Source: a virus
Taxonomy: Duplodnaviria; Caudoviricetes
Reading direction: 5' to 3' (one strand)
IMG/VR virus record: IMGVR_UViG_3300048672_000414
Location: 1-56,763 of that record
Length of the DNA: 56,763 nucleotides
The translations under genes and the position numbers were made by a program. Below are positions 48,204 through 56,740 of the stretch, one piece after another; the stretch's first letter is position 1; the number at the start of each line of letters is the position of its first letter. Under the pieces are notes generated by a model. That model ran no database searches. It had not been told where the DNA came from and saw nothing but the letters and a program-made list of their open reading frames with translations.

Positions 48204-49591
48204 GGTAGGTCTGTGGGGGCTTCTTGAGGACCAGTATCTACTTGTTGGTCGTCAGACTTTTTCTTTCCAGCTTTTTTAACTGTTTCTTTAGACTGAGGCT
48301 TATCAATAGACTGTGGCGAGATGCGTAAGGTATCCCAATCAATTGGGCAGGTAAATGACATCTCCTTACCTCCACGAATCTTTGTAGTCTCAAAGGATAC
48401 CGCTTCACAATCTTTTTCGTGAGCTTCCATGACGAGGGCAATATCCGCTGCATCGAGGATGCCTTTAGCGAACCGAGCCTCGCCGCTCGCGTCAATTTGA
48501 TAAGGTGAGACCATGACCACTTCGTACTTGCGAGCAAGGTTTTTAAGTTTTTTGGAGACTTCAATCTGAGGTTTCCAATCATACTGGTCTGCTCCTTCTA
48601 GGACAATCTGGTTAATATAGTCTACAACTACAACTGCCAGTTTGTCGCCAAACTTGGCCTTCATCTTACCAATGTGCAAGTCAATAGCACTAAGAGTAAG
48701 ATCGCGGTCGTCCACAATAACCATCTGGTTATCTGGCTTTAGCTTAAAGTTACGTACAAGGTACTCTTCAAACTTAAACCGATCACGATGCCTCAGGAAC
48801 TCGCCCACCATTTCATCCGCCCCATCAAACATACTTGCACGAGCCTTGACAACTCGCAAGATCTCGTCATCTGTGAGCTTGTTCTGCTTTAGGTTCTGCA
48901 AGTTAACGTTCGCTAAGATAGCTAGGTTACGCTGCATAGTTTCCATTGCAGTCATTTCAATAGAGAAGTACAAGCAACTATTGCCGCTCTCATACTGGTT
49001 AATAAAAATGTTGCTACTAGTAATAGATTTACCGCTGCCACGCTTACCACCAATAAGAATAAGCTCCTGTCTAGCCACACCACCCAGTGCCGCATCAAAG
49101 CCGTTGTTAAGGCCGAGGTACACTCGCTCTTTTTCCAAGTCCTCCTGATGCTGAAACATCATCATGTCAGACATGGTAAAGACCTTTTCGCTAGTATGAG
49201 TCTTTTCCTCAATGGTTAGCGCAATCTGCGCTAAGTTTTCCTTAATCTCGTCTGTGTCGTAGAGTGGTAGCTTGTCTACAAACTTATCTAATAGTTTTAC
49301 AGTTTCCTGTTGCGTATACTGGTCAATTAGGGCGTCAAGGGCCACCTCAGCGCTTACGTCAGGTACTTCGGTAAGCTTTAGGGTAGCTAGAGTTTTACCT
49401 GCCTGCCCTTCGCGCAAGGTCAGGTCTAGGTCATCAAAGCTAGGAATAGCACTATACTTCTCATAGTGCTTATTGATAACGGTATAGATCGAGCTATACG
49501 CCGGGTCTAGAAATACGAGTTTTAGCTTGGCCCATATATCAAGGCTCTGCTCAGAAAGTAGCTTATTTAAAACGACTGCGGAAACGTCCAT
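48191..49591 (-). CDS. D6: Replicative DnaB-like helicase (T5 D6)
   Basis: GGKRGSGKS, FSIEM, VVDYINQI, SPYQ, RFAKGILDAAD. Confidence 0.92.
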   Translation of the reverse strand: MDVSAVVLNKLLSEQSLDIWAKLKLVFLDPAYSSIYTVINKHYEKYSAIPSFDDLDLTLREGQAGKTLATLKLTEVPDVSAEVALDALIDQYTQQETVKLLDKFVDKLPLYDTDEIKENLAQIALTIEEKTHTSEKVFTMSDMMMFQHQEDLEKERVYLGLNNGFDAALGGVARQELILIGGKRGSGKSITSSNIFINQYESGNSCLYFSIEMTAMETMQRNLAILANVNLQNLKQNKLTDDEILRVVKARASMFDGADEMVGEFLRHRDRFKFEEYLVRNFKLKPDNQMVIVDDRDLTLSAIDLHIGKMKAKFGDKLAVVVVDYINQIVLEGADQYDWKPQIEVSKKLKNLARKYEVVMVSPYQIDASGEARFAKGILDAADIALVMEAHEKDCEAVSFETTKIRGGKEMSFTCPIDWDTLRISPQSIDKPQSKETVKKAGKKKSDDQQVDTGPQEAPTDLPWNA

Positions 49592-49620
49592 GTATACACC
49601 TTACTAGTGTAAGGCAACAC

Positions 49621-49923
49621 TTAGGACGCTGCCTTACTTTCATTGTCAATAATTACCTGATGCAGAATCTCTGTTACTTTATAAAGTACCTGATCTCTTA
49701 GGGCCTGAACCTCTTTTTGATAGTTGCTACCCTTGTCAAATAAAAGGGATAGCTGCTCATGAGTTACTAGCTGCTGTAGTCCAAAATAGATATAATCATA
49801 TGCTAGAGTTGATTCTGGCATAATCTCGATTTGAGCCTGCTTGCCATAGTTTGCTACGGCTTGGCGTACTACCTCTTCAACAGTAAATGAGTCGTTGTCG
49901 TGATATGTAATTGTTACTTTCAT
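49621..49923 (-). CDS. Hypothetical protein
   Basis: 100-aa ORF coupled to the methyltransferase stop. Confidence 0.7.
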   Translation of the reverse strand: MKVTITYHDNDSFTVEEVVRQAVANYGKQAQIEIMPESTLAYDYIYFGLQQLVTHEQLSLLFDKGSNYQKEVQALRDQVLYKVTEILHQVIIDNESKAAS

Positions 49924-50666
49924 TATACTGAGTCCAAGTGCTTAGAAATACGTTCGTTAGCAACATTCACGTAGCCGGCATCCCTCTCTATACCAATAAA
50001 GTGTCTGTTAGTATTCATACATGCTATAGCAGTTGTACCCGAACCGATGCAGTTATCTAGTACAGTGTCAAACTCATTAGAGTATGTCCGGACTAGAAAC
50101 TCGCATAACGCTAGAGGCTTTTGGGTAGGGTGAAGGTTACTTTTGAGTATATCTCTCTGAAATCTCAGTACTTGAGTAGGGTAACGTAATCCAGTATCAG
50201 TATACTCTTTTACTCTCATACTATTGCTACTAATAATGGCCCCCTGCTTACTTCTGTCGGATACTCTATTAGTGCGCTTTGGTCCGTTATGCTCCTGCAT
50301 CTGAGGGTTATACGTACACTGCTTAGTATAGAAAACACTAATAGTTTCTACAGTCTTACCAGCCCTGCGCTTTACCTGAGCTACGTTCGTAAGCCTCTCT
50401 TTTTCCCAATACCAATCGTATCTAAAGTTTTTAATATTAGATAGTCTAAGGTAGGAGGTAAAGGGCTCTTGACCAAATAGAACCACTGCAGCATCAGGTT
50501 TACATACTCTAGAATACTGCCCCCATAGTTTATCAAAGGGTATTACTGTATCCCAGGCACATGTAGTTGTACCGTAAGGAAGATCGCACAGTACCATATC
50601 AACTGTGCCTGAAGGTATGTCTTGCATTATCTCTAGGCAATCACCTAAAATGATTTTATCTATCAA
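49923..50666 (-). CDS. Orphan N6-adenine/N4-cytosine DNA methyltransferase (beta class)
   Basis: GDCLE, DLPY, HPTQKP, VLDNCIGSGTT, FIGIE. Confidence 0.92.
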   Translation of the reverse strand: MIDKIILGDCLEIMQDIPSGTVDMVLCDLPYGTTTCAWDTVIPFDKLWGQYSRVCKPDAAVVLFGQEPFTSYLRLSNIKNFRYDWYWEKERLTNVAQVKRRAGKTVETISVFYTKQCTYNPQMQEHNGPKRTNRVSDRSKQGAIISSNSMRVKEYTDTGLRYPTQVLRFQRDILKSNLHPTQKPLALCEFLVRTYSNEFDTVLDNCIGSGTTAIACMNTNRHFIGIERDAGYVNVANERISKHLDSV

Positions 50667-50676
50667 TTACTACTCC

Positions 50677-50715
50677 AAAAACAAAAGGCCGGGAGCCTTT
50701 TATGTCTCCCGGCCT
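50677..50715 (-). terminator. Terminator after D5
   Basis: - strand AGGCCGGGAG...CTCCCGGCCT followed by TTTGTTTTT. Confidence 0.82.
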
Positions 50716-50729
50716 AATTGCCTAGTTAA

Positions 50730-51482
50730 TTAGGCGGCAGCTTTTGCTTCAGCCTTAGCTTTCTTGTCAGCGCCCTTGTAGTCGGCAACGTTGATACCAC
50801 GACGCGTCAAGAGAGTTTTAAGGCCCCTCTCAGTTTTGTTAACGGCAGCAGCAATCTCTGCAACAGTCATTTCCGCGATTGCATCGCCCAGAGCAACGAT
50901 GGGGTCTACTTGATCCTTAGCGTGGGACTCCTTTTGAGCAGGAATCTTAGCAATTTGGCCCTTACGGGTCAGGCTCAGAGCCTTACCACGGACGCTAGCA
51001 ACAGTCTTACCTAGAGCGTCAGCGATTTCTTCGATGAACTTGCCAGCATCAGCCATTGCAACAAACTTAGCCTCTTCAGCTTCAGTATAGGTACGAGCAA
51101 CTTCGATCTTCTCAGCAGGCTTGACCGAACCAGTCAGTTCCATAGCAAGCAGCTTACCTTGGATTTGCTTTGCATTGAACTTGCCATTAGCAAAAATTTC
51201 GGCGATTTCTTTGTAAGTATAAACGCCAGCATTAGCGTGAACGAAGTCAGCAAGTGCGTCGCCTTCGTCTTCAGTAAATGCGCTAGTCTTTTCCTTTGCC
51301 ATAGAGGCAACTTCACGATCCAGTTGACGCAGCTTAGCAGCAACAGAGCGAGTAGAGACTTCGAGAGCTTCAGCAGCAGCTTCAACCTTAGCAACTGACA
51401 CAGGGGATTCGTTTCCAACGATTTCCAGCAGTTGGGCAATAGCTTCGTCGTTCCACTTCTTGTTGGTGTTAGTAGTAGTCAT
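50730..51482 (-). CDS. D5: T5 D5-like DNA-binding regulator
   Basis: Repeated HTH/Myb-like units (RSVAAKLR, KQIQGKLL, SVRGKALSL), DYKGADKKAK; follows ligB. Confidence 0.85.
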   Translation of the reverse strand: MTTTNTNKKWNDEAIAQLLEIVGNESPVSVAKVEAAAEALEVSTRSVAAKLRQLDREVASMAKEKTSAFTEDEGDALADFVHANAGVYTYKEIAEIFANGKFNAKQIQGKLLAMELTGSVKPAEKIEVARTYTEAEEAKFVAMADAGKFIEEIADALGKTVASVRGKALSLTRKGQIAKIPAQKESHAKDQVDPIVALGDAIAEMTVAEIAAAVNKTERGLKTLLTRRGINVADYKGADKKAKAEAKAAA

Positions 51483-51484
51483 GT

Positions 51485-52240
51485 TTAGATTTCTTTCAAA
51501 AATTGATTGAGGTTTTGGATAATTTCAATACCGAGCTGATCGGCTTTTGTACGTTTAGAACTGCCTTTGTTATCCTCGTCGACCAAGTAGTTAGTGGTTT
51601 TTGTAACACTTTCTACAGGGCGGAAGCCGGCGGCTGTCAATGCGGCATATGCTTCTGCTTTAGTCTTAAAGGACTGTAGTTTGCCAGTAATACAGACGGA
51701 TTTAGCATCTGTAAGAGGAGTCTGGACTTGTCGAGAAACTTTGAAGGAGAAGGGCAAAAACTCCCTCATTTCTTGGAAATCTGTTTCTAGCCACGAGATA
51801 AGGTTTTCTGAGACTTTATCGCCTAGGCCAGCTTCTTTGCATTTATCGAACGTAATATCGTCGATAGTTTGTACAACGGTACACAGCTTAGCTGCTGCTG
51901 TCGCACCGAATAGTGGGATACTAAAAGCAGGAAGAATCTGTTGAAGGTCTGCACTGCGAGACTTATCAATCTCCGCCAAGAGCTTAGTAGCGATCCTGTC
52001 ACTACCAATAGCGTCGGCAAGCTGATCGTGCTCCAGATAGTAAAGCTCAGTAATGTCCGACAACTGTAGCTTTTCAACAGCCTTAGGACCCATGCCCTTA
52101 ATACCAAGAGTTTTGCAAAAGTGCTCAATTTTCTGATCTAGCCGAGCACTGCAGGCAGTATTTCTGCAAAATAGCTGTGAGTTAACTAACTCTAGCCTAT
52201 ACCCACACGCAGGGCACTTATCGGGAATGGTGATCTTCAT
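51485..52240 (-). CDS. ligB: NAD-dependent DNA ligase subunit B (zinc finger, HhH, BRCT)
   Basis: CPAC...C.N..C, IKGMGP, VCITGK, SSK..KA..LGI. Confidence 0.9.
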   Translation of the reverse strand: MKITIPDKCPACGYRLELVNSQLFCRNTACSARLDQKIEHFCKTLGIKGMGPKAVEKLQLSDITELYYLEHDQLADAIGSDRIATKLLAEIDKSRSADLQQILPAFSIPLFGATAAAKLCTVVQTIDDITFDKCKEAGLGDKVSENLISWLETDFQEMREFLPFSFKVSRQVQTPLTDAKSVCITGKLQSFKTKAEAYAALTAAGFRPVESVTKTTNYLVDEDNKGSSKRTKADQLGIEIIQNLNQFLKEI

Positions 52241-52256
52241 AGTGCTTTTCTGATTT

Positions 52257-52406
52257 AATATAAGTATTATACCGTATTAAGCTGTAGGGATCAAGCCGAT
52301 ATTTTTAATGCTTTGCGTCATACTTTGTCTTTGGGTGTTTTTTGACTCGATATAAGTATTATACCAAATTAGATTGTCGAGATCAAGTGGATATTTTTTA
52401 ATGCTC
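52257..52406 (-). promoter_or_regulatory. Tandemly duplicated promoters upstream of ligB
   Basis: TTGATC-17 nt-TATAAT at 52266-52294 and 52358-52386 with shared flanks, 92-bp period. Confidence 0.8.
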
Positions 52407-52408
52407 AA

Positions 52409-52564
52409 CTAAATAAAGTTTAGCTTGACCAAGACTTGCTCAACTAGGGTATACCAGGCCCACGGCGGCAGGATAAATGCAAAGAAAGAACTCCAGAACC
52501 CTTTAGCTAGTACAAGTCCTGCTAGCCAAGTTACGATTAAAACATATTTGTATACATATTGCAT
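52409..52564 (-). CDS. Small membrane protein (51 aa, below the ORF-track cutoff)
   Basis: Hand translation MQYVYKYVLIVTWLAGLVLAKGFWSSFFAFILPPWAWYTLVEQVLVKLNFI*; TAATG coupling to the upstream endonuclease. Confidence 0.65.
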   Translation of the reverse strand: MQYVYKYVLIVTWLAGLVLAKGFWSSFFAFILPPWAWYTLVEQVLVKLNFI

Positions 52565-53421
52565 TAAGCATCCGCCTTATACCGTGTCCAGCCTTTGTGC
52601 GACGCTGATCTACCGGATAAAACATCATGTAGGCTACTCTTAGTAAGCCCATGTTTTTCGGCAAAAGGCGACACCCCCCTATACGGTATAGTGTAAACTA
52701 TATTATCGGGAGACACTATTTTTGTGGTATGTAGCTCAGTACCTGGTCTAGTCCAGCCCTTGCAGGATTTAGTTTTACCAGACAACAGCGCGGATAGTGG
52801 TCCAGATGAAAGTCCGTGTTCTTTGGCAAATCTAGTAATATTAGATACTTCAAATAGCTCTCCAGTCGGAGAGACTACACTTTGTGATATTTTTTTATTT
52901 CCAAGAGCCCTCCTGTTCCCTACAGATGCTTTGGCTTCTAGTTTTGAATAGAGTACAGGGTAGGCTTCTGCTAGCCAGAAGTGCCTAGTTAGGGACGATA
53001 TGTGCATTATAACGGAATTGGAAACTCCGGTTATTTCTTCTATTTCTTTGTAAGACATATTTGTCTCTGCTAGGTAAAATAATACCTCGTGGTAGTCTTC
53101 TTCCTTAAACTTACTGTTTGTATTATATATGCCATAGGCTCCGCCGTGCCCGCCCTGTACAGCATTAAATCCATTATCTATCGAGTCATACTGCTTAATG
53201 TAGTAACACTCGGTGGAGTCCAGTTCTTCTAGCGAACATTCTGCTAGTCTAACAAGAGTGGGCTCACCATACGTAGTATATGCCCCTTGTAGTTTAATAG
53301 AAGAATCTCCTGCACGCAACTCACTAACATGATTATTGTACCTTTTTTCTATACATCCGGACTGGCCTACATATACCTTATTGGTCCCATTAAATACTAA
53401 CTTATATATACCTATTGTCAT
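52564..53421 (-). CDS. GIY-YIG homing endonuclease between ligA and ligB
   Basis: GIYKLVF...VYVGQS, GFN, HTH-like unit, two NUMOD-like repeats; GGAG RBS before ATG 53421. Confidence 0.88.
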   Translation of the reverse strand: MTIGIYKLVFNGTNKVYVGQSGCIEKRYNNHVSELRAGDSSIKLQGAYTTYGEPTLVRLAECSLEELDSTECYYIKQYDSIDNGFNAVQGGHGGAYGIYNTNSKFKEEDYHEVLFYLAETNMSYKEIEEITGVSNSVIMHISSLTRHFWLAEAYPVLYSKLEAKASVGNRRALGNKKISQSVVSPTGELFEVSNITRFAKEHGLSSGPLSALLSGKTKSCKGWTRPGTELHTTKIVSPDNIVYTIPYRGVSPFAEKHGLTKSSLHDVLSGRSASHKGWTRYKADA

Positions 53422-53446
53422 AAAATTCTCCGACTCTATAAAGTAT

Positions 53447-53475
53447 ATTATACTCTCAAAGTCCGAGAATTTCAA
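53447..53475 (-). promoter_or_regulatory. Endonuclease promoter inside an RBS-sequestering hairpin
   Basis: TTGAAA-17 nt-TATAAT; 53423-53435 pairs with 53460-53472 (12/13). Confidence 0.72.
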
Positions 53476-53486
53476 GTATATTTTTA

Positions 53487-54449
53487 TTAACCCTCTACTT
53501 TATGTAGGATACAGGGAATCACTGAGCCTGCCCTAATAACTGCTAAGGTATCTCCAATCTCGATGCCAAGGGCCTCTATAAAGCCCGGATTATTGAGAGT
53601 AGCGCGACTGACAATAGCGTCTTCTATCATAACAGGCTCAAGGATAGCTACAGGGGTCACCTTGCCGTTACGAGATACTTGCCACTCTACATCTAGTAGC
53701 TTGGTTTCTACGTGTTCAGCACGCAGCTTTAATGCGTATGCACCTTTTGGTGCCTTAGCTGTGTACCCCATTTCGTCAAACAACTCGTTGCTGTTAACGC
53801 GGAAAACCATACCGTCGCTAGGAAAGATTTTTTCCAGGTTCAGCTCGTTGCAGACCCCAAAGCCAAGTGCGCGGAGAGCAGCCATATCAGTACTGTGCTT
53901 AGGGGTAAGATATGGGTACACACCGTAAGCAATAAAGCTGAGAACTCGTTCCTTAAACTCCTCCGCGGACTTCAGGTTAAGAGCACCAGCAGCATAGTTA
54001 CGAGCATTAGGAATGTTGATGGGAGCCACGACCTCGCCAGTAATTTGTAGTACCGGCGGCACATTGATGCGATCCGGGTTGAGTGTGTGTGGCACCAACT
54101 TACTAGCCAAGACCTTATCGGTAATGTCTGTACCCTCAATGCCGTCACCACGAGTAAGGGCACGCACTAGCTCACCATCAACATAAAGCAGGCTAATCGC
54201 AGCACCGTCCAGTTTAACACTAGACGATACATCTCCCATACCCTCAAGCGGACGATTACGGCCTTCGTCTTCATAAAACTTTTGCAGCGAGTACATCTGC
54301 TTGTAGTGCTTGACGGTACCCTCAACCGCACCTACTTTATTGTAGCCGCAACTATCGGCCAGTCTATCAAACTGCTCGTCAGTAATGATAGGAGTACCGC
54401 GGTAGTATGCCTGGGCGGCAGTGTCAAGAAAATCGGTGAGCTTTGTCAT
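53487..54449 (-). CDS. ligA: NAD-dependent DNA ligase subunit A (adenylation plus OB)
   Basis: MYSL, KLDG, TRGDG, RNYAAG, DGMV, VSRATLNN, RAGSVIP; start at MTKLTDF. Confidence 0.92.
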   Translation of the reverse strand: MTKLTDFLDTAAQAYYRGTPIITDEQFDRLADSCGYNKVGAVEGTVKHYKQMYSLQKFYEDEGRNRPLEGMGDVSSSVKLDGAAISLLYVDGELVRALTRGDGIEGTDITDKVLASKLVPHTLNPDRINVPPVLQITGEVVAPINIPNARNYAAGALNLKSAEEFKERVLSFIAYGVYPYLTPKHSTDMAALRALGFGVCNELNLEKIFPSDGMVFRVNSNELFDEMGYTAKAPKGAYALKLRAEHVETKLLDVEWQVSRNGKVTPVAILEPVMIEDAIVSRATLNNPGFIEALGIEIGDTLAVIRAGSVIPCILHKVEG

Positions 54450-54625
54450 TATTTTCCTTCCCCAATAAAGTATACAATACGCAGTACAGCACCACACACT
54501 AGAGCAATGAAGCTCATAGCAAACAGCGAGTGAGGGCTAATAACCGCCAACACCAACACTAGGAACACCAAGAGGATTGCAGAGGCAATTACAGTGAGTG
54601 GAATTTGTTTAATTTTCTGAATCAT
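54449..54625 (-). CDS. Small two-TM membrane protein
   Basis: Two hydrophobic stretches; ATG 7 nt after the -10 box; TAATG coupling to ligA. Confidence 0.6.
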   Translation of the reverse strand: MIQKIKQIPLTVIASAILLVFLVLVLAVISPHSLFAMSFIALVCGAVLRIVYFIGEGK

Positions 54626-54632
54626 AGACATT

Positions 54633-54661
54633 ATTATAGCACTGCGGCGGTTTAGGGTCAA
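54633..54661 (-). promoter_or_regulatory. Sigma70 promoter nearly identical to the phoH promoter
   Basis: TTGACCCTAAACCGCCGCAGTGCTATAAT. Confidence 0.82.
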
Positions 54662-54672
54662 GCCAGTAATTT

Positions 54673-54885
54673 TTAAGCTGTGTACCAGTCATCTGACATA
54701 ATATCGGACTGTTTAGGCATCCAGTAGTCGTACTCGCCATCCTCGAAAATGTGAATTTCCGGAGAGCCATAAAAATCATGTACGCGCATTTCTAGGAAAG
54801 GTGTACAGCTGGCTTTTTCGGTCCACTCTAGCTTATAGACGCGCGAGCCTTGCTTGAGCTGCTTGAGTGCTTTACTAAAGTTCAT
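54673..54885 (-). CDS. DUF2829 / Tad2-like protein
   Basis: MNFSKAL..LK.G.RV....W and W.P.QSDI.SDDW; GAGGA RBS. Confidence 0.75.
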   Translation of the reverse strand: MNFSKALKQLKQGSRVYKLEWTEKASCTPFLEMRVHDFYGSPEIHIFEDGEYDYWMPKQSDIMSDDWYTA

Positions 54886-54904
54886 ATTATGTCCTCACGT
54901 ACAA

Positions 54905-55105
54905 TTAAAAAGTCTGCCAGTCGCCAGCTATGATATCGTCATGTACCAGGGCGTACCTGAAACCATTACGAAATACTACTAAATTTAGGTCATCTGGGTG
55001 GCTGTTGTCTATGGATGCTACACCAAGCGATCCGTCAGCTAACCAGCTCTCGCGGCAACCAAAGCTACCTTCTTTTAGCTTAGGCACTAATTCATCAAGG
55101 TACAC
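54905..55105 (-). CDS. Divergent DUF2829 / Tad2-like protein
   Basis: LKEG....RESW and DDIIAGDW; GTG start with AAAGGA RBS. Confidence 0.55.
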   Translation of the reverse strand: MYLDELVPKLKEGSFGCRESWLADGSLGVASIDNSHPDDLNLVVFRNGFRYALVHDDIIAGDWQTF

Positions 55106-55106
55106 T

Positions 55107-55189
55107 TTGTTTCCTTTATATTGCTGTCTAAGTAATTATTATACCGCAATATAAAGGAAACAACAAGACTGTAAATCTTGTTGTTTCCT
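55107..55189 (-). promoter_or_regulatory. Overlapping terminator, promoter and RBS-sequestering hairpin
   Basis: 18-bp IR 55107-55124/55146-55163; 14-bp IR 55155-55168/55176-55189; TTGTTG-17 nt-TATAAT at 55138-55166. Confidence 0.75.
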
Positions 55190-55195
55190 GTAGGG

Positions 55196-55993
55196 TTACT
55201 TAATATTCACCATACCCTTGAAGTCAACCGGCACAACAATAGTCTGCACCTTACCTGCTGCAATGCCTTCAGCAATCTTCATCTGTGCTTGGGCCTGCAT
55301 ATAGGCGATGCTTTGGCCACTGTTCTGTGCCAGGGCGGACATACGTTCGGCTTCCAGCTTAGCTAGCTTGACCTCGTTTTCCTTGATCTTCAGCTCGTTT
55401 TGAGACTTAACAAACTCTGTTGCACTGCGCAGGATCTCTGCGTTAGGGGCAACGTTACGAATCTGGACCACGTTAAGTGTGATGCTGGTATCCAGCTTTT
55501 CTTCACGCAGCTGTTCATTTACAATGATGCGAATCTGCTCTTCGATCTTAGCTCGATTATCCGCAACCTCTAGTGCCTTATATTGGCGAATGGCTTTGTA
55601 GGCCGCGTTATTAACCAGCGTAGACACATAGTTGTACATCAGGTAGATGCCTTCCTTGTCTTCTGCATGGAAGCTACGGGATTTAGTGCTGTAAAGTTCG
55701 GACACCGAGCTAGGGTTGATGGCATAGACTACTGTAATATCGAAGTCTGCCAACGCCGAGTTATCTGCCGTCATAGGAGTTTTATTTTCCAGCGAGACAG
55801 TAATGTCTTTGACCGGAAACTCCAGCACGGAGCCAATCAGCGTTTGATTCCAGGAGCCCGGCTGAAGCTCTTTGCCTTCAATTTCACGAGAGGCGTTAAC
55901 TCGAACACCCACCTCGCCAGTTTCAATGCGAGTACAAGCAGTGGTAGCAACAATAGCAGCAACAATGGTAGCAAGTTTGAGAAAGTTAGTCAT
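55196..55993 (-). CDS. SPFH / band-7 (prohibitin-like) lipoprotein
   Basis: Signal ending ATTAC, RIETGEVGVRV, SPFH core and C-terminal coiled coil. Confidence 0.88.
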   Translation of the reverse strand: MTNFLKLATIVAAIVATTACTRIETGEVGVRVNASREIEGKELQPGSWNQTLIGSVLEFPVKDITVSLENKTPMTADNSALADFDITVVYAINPSSVSELYSTKSRSFHAEDKEGIYLMYNYVSTLVNNAAYKAIRQYKALEVADNRAKIEEQIRIIVNEQLREEKLDTSITLNVVQIRNVAPNAEILRSATEFVKSQNELKIKENEVKLAKLEAERMSALAQNSGQSIAYMQAQAQMKIAEGIAAGKVQTIVVPVDFKGMVNIK

Positions 55994-55994
55994 A

Positions 55995-56177
55995 TTAAAA
56001 TAGTGCAATTATGGTTGTGGTAAAAATAGCGGACAGCAATATTACTACGGTAGTAATAAGCATCTGCCTTACTAGGCGTTTACGAAACTCGCGGCTATAC
56101 AAGTATTTTTCTGCTATAAGCACAAGCAGTGTCATAGCAGACAAAATTGCTGTAGCGGCAAATATAAGCTTAATCAT
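55995..56177 (-). CDS. Small two-TM membrane protein
   Basis: Two hydrophobic helices around a basic loop; directly upstream of the SPFH gene. Confidence 0.6.
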   Translation of the reverse strand: MIKLIFAATAILSAMTLLVLIAEKYLYSREFRKRLVRQMLITTVVILLSAIFTTTIIALF

Positions 56178-56454
56178 TTGCTAAAAGTTGTGTAGCATAC
56201 TTACGTATGATTTCTTCGCCCTCAGCCTGAGCACAAATATCTAGTAGTCCGTCTAGCACAGCATATATGTTCTCTAGTGAAGCGGGTATAGATACCCCTT
56301 CACGCGATGGTATCCAATCCCCGGAGTAGGACAAAAAGTACTTTCGTAGCTGAAAGTAGGTAGTTTCTCGGAAGTCATTTACTACGAGTCGAACTTGGAA
56401 ACCTTTTTCCATATTCTCGTCAATGACCTTACTGTAATGAATGTTGTCGTCCAC
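56170..56454 (-). CDS. PC4-like ssDNA-binding protein, T5-like
   Basis: VRLVVNDFRETTYFQLRKYF...W.PSREGVSIP. Confidence 0.8.
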   Translation of the reverse strand: MDDNIHYSKVIDENMEKGFQVRLVVNDFRETTYFQLRKYFLSYSGDWIPSREGVSIPASLENIYAVLDGLLDICAQAEGEEIIRKYATQLLAND

Positions 56455-56464
56455 ACGTAATCCT

Positions 56465-56740
56465 TTAAGCGGCGGAATTATCGGGGTTTGGCGCCGGGGA
56501 AATTATCTTGGCAAGCTCGCCTTGGGTGGCTTCCACGGCCCAATTAACTACACAGAAGTCATCTACGCACATATCATGCATAATCTCCAAGCTATTCTCC
56601 AAGAAACGACCCTTAGCTCGCATACGCTGCGACCAGTGGTCCCAGTACGCGCCTTCTGTAATTCCCTTTTCACTAATAATAGTCCACACAGGTTCGCTGC
56701 TGTTAGCACCAGCCGGATCACAGTACATAAAATACCTCAT
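56465..56740 (-). CDS. Hypothetical protein
   Basis: GGAG RBS; YWDHW...M...C.DDF.VVNWA motif. Confidence 0.7.
   Translation of the reverse strand: MRYFMYCDPAGANSSEPVWTIISEKGITEGAYWDHWSQRMRAKGRFLENSLEIMHDMCVDDFCVVNWAVEATQGELAKIISPAPNPDNSAA

Noticed and set aside
32126-49591. Inteins in RNR, polymerase or helicases
   Set aside because: Protein lengths are normal and no splice-junction motifs were seen
52240-53487. Group I intron splitting the ligase
   Set aside because: Both halves have their own start and stop, ligB has promoters, and no intron core was recognised
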